From assembly GCA_907165135.1 (NCBI GenBank), contig OU015569.1, positions 8,494,001 to 8,558,000 of the forward strand: 64,000 bases of DNA, given 5' to 3'. This stretch comes from Oikopleura dioica (lineage: Eukaryota; Animalia; Chordata). This document shows positions 60,895-64,000 of this stretch, one piece after another. The notes under the pieces were generated by a model. The model did not search any database. It was not told the origin of the DNA and worked only from the letters and a program-made list of their open reading frames with translations. Both the position numbers and the translations under genes were made by a program. Every line of letters begins with the position of its first letter. The first letter of the stretch is position 1.

Positions 60895-61297
60895 CGGACT
60901 TAGAACGGGTGCGTAAAAGAAAGTTAGGTCGACGAACGCTCGATGTCTCTTTTTTTGTTGATCGTGCTCTGTGATTTCAATGCACCCTTTGCCATACTCG
61001 AAGTGGAAAGTTTGTTTTTGCCTGTCCCGAGTGAGCAGTTCAAGGTGATAGTAGTAGAGTTTGGTGGAGGTGCTCGGCTGGGCGTGGGTTGCGCTGGCCT
61101 ATTGACCAAGCAACGCACGGGCATCGAAACTCGCCCAATTGCGCAAAAAGCGTGGGCGTGACTGAGCGCTCCGAGACTTAGCGAGCAGCTCACGACTAAG
61201 GGAAAACGTTCTGGACTTAGTCTCTGAGGCGAAAATTCGAGAGTGACCTTGAGTGACCCCTCGAGCACAGAAGCGAGCACGGCAGCAAGCACAGGCG
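60895..61297. promoter_or_regulatory. GC-rich putative bidirectional promoter between MANEA and CEBPZ
   Basis: About 400 bp between divergent ATGs, GC-rich, with CCAAT near 61135. Confidence 0.45.
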
Positions 61298-64000
61298 ATG
61301 GTGCAGGCGAGCAGCGACGCTGAAGCTCACCAGCTGCTCAAGAGAGAAATCCTTAGCCTCGGCGGCGACCTCGACGATTTCGAGCTACTCAAACAAGTTG
61401 AGGACGGCGAGGAAGAAGAGTGGCGCCCCAAAAAGGCCACCCAGGGACAGGTACGTTCAACAAACTTATTTTTCTCTGCAAGAGGGCTGCCAAGTTCAGT
61501 CAAGCAGTGATCGCTAGAATGGAGACAAGATCGGCGCGCTATTAGTGAAGGGCGCCAAAGTACTTGTTACGTCAGTGCAACGCCGTAGATCTTCGAGTAC
61601 AACTTAAAATTTTCGCATTTTGGAAAACCTATCCGCCGTCAGTTATTTTTTATGACTGAAAGACTGCGCCGGAGAGGCTCTTTTAAGCTGACGGATTTGA
61701 ATAATATGGCAGATTTTAGGACACCTTTGACGACTCCGAATTCAAGAAGTTCTTCGCTAAGTTGGACTTTGCTGCTGCGAAAAAGTCGATCGAACGATCA
61801 AAGGAGTCAGAAGACGGAGAAGATCAAACTTTCGAGGAAGAAGATGAGGAGGAGGAAGAGCAGGAACCAGTTTCATATTTGGATGTTTCCGAAAAACTTA
61901 TCGGTATGTTTCTTTTTACAGTTATTTTCAAAGGGGAAAAAACGAACTCGCTAAAGGTTTTGTTCAGCTTCAGTATCTAAAGCGAAAATAATTCCGAAGA
62001 AGTTTTCCCTGATCCGCTTTGAAGAGGAGCAAACTTGGTACGAAGCTCGCGACGATTTCGTTTCCGAGCAAAGAATTCCAGAAGGAAGCGAAGAAAAGTC
62101 CCTTGATAAGAATGGAAAGTTTATACGTGTTTTGCGCGAACGAGCGGAAAAGTTACTCAAGAATGAGGGGGAAGTCGGCGCTGCGAAGGTAAGTCCGATC
62201 TTAGAACGATGATTTGAAAAAAAGAATTATTTAGGAGCGCAAATTCTTTCAAATGGCGGCGGAATCTGGTACTCAAAAAGATAAAGTAGCGGCGATGGTA
62301 TTGAAAGTACAGAACGCGCCGGTCTCGAACTACGCGATCCTGGAGCAACTCGTCAAAATTGTCAGAAAGAGAGTGCGCCGTGAATTTGTCTTGGCCAGCA
62401 GTCACGTAAAAGACCTCTTTCTTTCGAGCATTTTGCCTTGCACACGACCTCTTCGCGAGTTTTACGAAAATACGGAACTGCTTCTCTTCGCCGCCGAAAA
62501 TGTGGACACACAAGATGGAAGTAAAGCCCTCCTTTTCGCAATTTACGAAGACTACGCGAAGAAACAGTTTGGCTTCTTCCTCGACGGACTGGACGAGGTC
62601 CTCTCAGATCCGATTGAAGAAATGAAGATAGTCTCTCTTCAAATTATCAAAACATTGCTTGAGGAACAGCCTGAAGCGGAAGGTCGACTTCTGTCTTGTA
62701 TAGGAAGCGTTTTTATCTAGTTTTTGACGACACGGTCTTCTATTAGACTAGTGGTATCTCAAACGCTCGATAGTAAACAAAATCGGTGATCCAAAGAAAA
62801 AGGTCGTAGACCGCGCCTCGAAGTTTATTACCGATTTGCTTTTCAAGCACCCAAACATGCAAGAAGTCGTTGGATACGAGATTGAGAACTTCCTCTGGCG
62901 CTCGAACCAGTCCGATGCAAGTGTTTTGGCTGGAATCAATTTGCTAAATCAGTTCGTCTTCTCGAGTGATCGCCACGAGGTTCCATCCAGACTGATTCGC
63001 GTCTATTTCCAATTCTTTCAATCCGAAATTGCCAAGAATCAGAAGAAAAACAAGAAAACAGAGCTCAGTCAGAAGATTCTGTTCTCGCTGCTGACGGGTG
63101 TTAATCGAGCATTTCCTTATGTAACTACCGGCGACGATGCCGATCTAGACGTTCATATCAACAACACTTTTTCTTTGGTACACCAAGGGACTTTTACTGT
63201 TGCCCTGCAAGCGTTGAGCTTTCTATTCCAAGGTTAGTGATGAGTTCTTACTCAATAGAATGAATTTTATCAGTTATTTTAAGCTTTCAATTCGAGAGAA
63301 GAACTGGGTGATCGCTTCTACAACTCGCTGTATCGTCTTCTCTTACGCCCAGAATTAGGCACTGAGGTAATATATTGTCAACTATCAAAACATTCACAAT
63401 TTTCATTCAGCAAAAGCGACACACAGTTCTATTGAATTTGTTGTATCGTACGCTCTCAGAAGATAAAAATGTAACGCGCGGAAAGAGTTTTCTCAAGCGT
63501 GTTCTATCTATTTGCCATGCATCGAAGACTCCCTTTCAGGCTGGCTCCTTGGTTTTTGTTGGTAAGATATTTCAATTTTTATATATTCTGGGCAACGAGT
63601 CAAAGCAGTGTAATTTTTACTAGTTGAATTTCTTCTTCATGTCGCTCCCAGCGTATCGCCTAAGCGCAAAGTTTATATAAAGCCCGGATTGAGGCTCACC
63701 TCGATTTCAAATTTTGTGCCCTAAATGGTTTCTGCCGGTTAATGTCGGGTAATCTGAACAGTTGAGTCCTATCTTTTATGCTGTCTCTTTACCTAGTTAC
63801 AGCTGGTATGTTTGAATGTTTTTCTTTTGCTAAAAACCAGGGCATATCCATACCGGCTTGCCTAAATGAAGAATTTCTGGTTTGTATGGCTGGCTTTTTT
63901 GGATTTAAAACTCCGTAGACTAGCGAAAAATCTCGAGAGGAAAGATTTATATCCTTGTCAAAATGATGATGCGTTTGTCGTGCTCATTATCTTCTTTGGA
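61298..64000 (+). CDS. CEBPZ: CCAAT/enhancer-binding protein zeta (NOC1/Mak21), 5' part; probably continues past the right edge
   Basis: ILSLGGDLDDFELL, SGTQKDKVAAM, LLFKHPNMQEVV, LLTGVNRAFPY, DRFYNSLYRLL, FLKRVLSIC, KPGLR. Confidence 0.92.

Noticed and set aside
61452-61720. 270-nt CEBPZ intron as a snoRNA host
   Set aside because: No convincing C box (RTGATGA) paired with a D box, and no clear H/ACA two-hairpin layout by eye.
1-64000. tRNA, rRNA, SL RNA, CRISPR, autonomous transposase or reverse transcriptase; also the many 60-150 aa antisense ORFs in the track
   Set aside because: None recognised by eye (an Infernal/tRNAscan run would be decisive); the antisense ORFs shadow real exons.

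Overview
Gene-dense eukaryotic DNA. The ~35-60 nt introns, frequent AAG acceptors, GA/GG/GC donors, tiny intergenic gaps and unpaired acceptors just before ATGs point to the larvacean Oikopleura (inferred, not proven). About 28 intron-containing genes were reconstructed by hand. A minus-strand run of nine genes (LZTFL1, SYVN1, OSBPL, SIRT4, YJU2, LRRC71, MBTPS1, folate-receptor-like, DHX34) is followed by PLAC8-like, a C-clamp factor and a small mitochondrial protein. A second minus-strand run holds ACADS, ALDH16, CEP128-like, LUC7, RPS21, IFT27 and hnRNP M/MYEF2. The plus strand carries TANGO2, ATP5PB, ABHD10, fRMsr/MsrC, a sulfotransferase-like gene and a PLA2-like gene; two orphan genes, MANEA and CEBPZ complete the window. 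About ten non-autonomous inverted-repeat DNA transposons are present, several nested. The main observations are: (1) two such elements sit inside coding exons (LUC7 and an orphan gene) and carry splice signals that could remove them in frame, i.e. candidate nascent introns; (2) an apparently intact free methionine-R-sulfoxide reductase, normally microbial, with spliceosomal introns, at least one of them non-canonical. No tRNA, rRNA, CRISPR array or transposase ORF was recognised.
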